A stretch of 22,754 nucleotides of DNA from Ginkgo biloba (taxonomy: Eukaryota; Plantae; Ginkgophyta), in assembly GCA_024626585.2 (NCBI GenBank), contig JANKJI020000002.1:250899241-250921994 (forward strand). Direction: 5' to 3'. Every line of letters starts with the position of its first letter. The stretch's first letter is position 1. The notes under the pieces are model-generated. The model was not told the origin of the DNA. It saw only the letters and a list, made by a program, of their open reading frames with translations, and ran no database searches. Below are positions 21,834 through 22,754 of the stretch, piece after piece. Made by a program: the position numbers and the translations under genes.

Positions 21834-22754
21834 TCAGTGTAGTAGAAAAGATCCCAAGCATGGAATCTGGAATTTTGGTAATTTGGAATCCATTAAAGAA
21901 GGGGTCAAAAAATTGGAGGATAGGAAGAAGTTGGAAAACCCAATCTTGATGTATGAACATAGGATGAAGAGGGAGAAATGAAAATCAATGATGAAGCCAT
22001 TAACAAACCCAAAAGAAGAAGAGAAGCCAACCATCTTTTTAGAACATGAGGAGTTCCAAAATCAATTAGATGTTTCACAAGAGCAACAACCAAAGCATAA
22101 AAGAGCCCGATAGGAGTGGAAATTGCTCTAGAGGTAAAAATAACTAAAGAATGGCTAGGTTATAGATTTGGATGACAGAAAAATGGGAGACTCATTCCTG
22201 TCTTAGGTAAGAGCAAAGACCTTTTTCACACCATTTGATATTTTGGAAGAAAATAAGGTTATAGCGGTCACATTTGCTCATAGAGGACCAACTAGAGAAT
22301 AATGGAATGGCATGCAAATTAAGATAGAAGATGGAATAAGGCTATGTATCACTAAGTGGTCAAAAATGAAGTAATGCTTAAGAAGTATGCACCCCAAAAT
22401 GATATGCAAGAGCATATGGCCAGATAATGGTTTTAAGGCAAACAATTACTATTGAGGAGTTCGTCAACAAGTTAATATGCACTCTATGCATGGTTGTCAA
22501 ATTTAGCCATGAGGTATAGGGGTACCATTTAATTATTGGATTAAAGCCACGTATGCGACCGAGGGTTGCATGGACAAGACCACAAACCATCTAAGGAAGC
22601 GATAAATAGTGCTTTATAGATTGAAGTTGTCTAGTTGAACCAAGTTGAACCTTTCAAGAAGCAATTCCAATCTAATAAGTCATCTTCATCCTTGAAGAAG
22701 CCATTCGCAAAGAAGGGAAAAAGCCCTTTTTCTAGAAGGAATTTTCCTCTACAC
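21822..22754 (+). mobile_element. Ty3/gypsy internal region with degenerate gag (runs off the window)
   Basis: After the PBS: FDILEENKVIAVTFAHRGPTRE*W (KVxxAxxxLxGxAxxWW), ITKWSKMK*CLR, LRQTITIEEFVNK and IIGLKPRMR..PQTI. These are retrotransposon gag motifs in the correct order, with stops and frameshifts. Confidence 0.72.

Noticed and set aside
1-22754. CRISPR array, operon-like or prokaryotic defence system, rRNA or tRNA genes
   Set aside because: The sequence is spliceosomal plant DNA. I saw no regularly spaced repeat-spacer array and no structured RNA gene; the periodic 100-N runs are scaffold gaps, not biology.

Overview
Eukaryotic, AT-rich draft-assembly sequence with many N gaps, from a land plant. 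The very long TE-filled introns and the style of the DYW and LTR remnants suggest a gymnosperm, but that is inference. The backbone is the middle of an AMP deaminase gene (AMPD/FAC1 orthologue) on the minus strand, with five visible exon pieces: 17298-17194, 16301-16145, 15951-15884, 15763-15621 and 4450-4310. Their splice sites are canonical GT/AG wherever they are not cut by gaps. The ~58 aa expected between the 15621 and 4450 exons is not visible and is probably hidden in gaps; the N- and C-terminal exons lie outside the window or in gaps. The introns hold decayed mobile elements: an L1-type LINE, a chromovirus-like Ty3/gypsy pol split by a ~2.1 kb nested insertion, a second Ty3/gypsy PBS+gag, and a possible copia relic. 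They also hold two host-gene fragments that the ORF track barely shows: a stop-disabled BES1/BZR1 transcription-factor copy antisense to AMPD (~19185-19368) and a PPR-DYW deaminase-domain fragment (1768-1649). I see no evidence of a new multi-gene functional system. The most interesting items are these two fragments, a K-to-R change in the AMPD substrate-binding motif, and a duplicated splice acceptor whose second copy lacks the AG.
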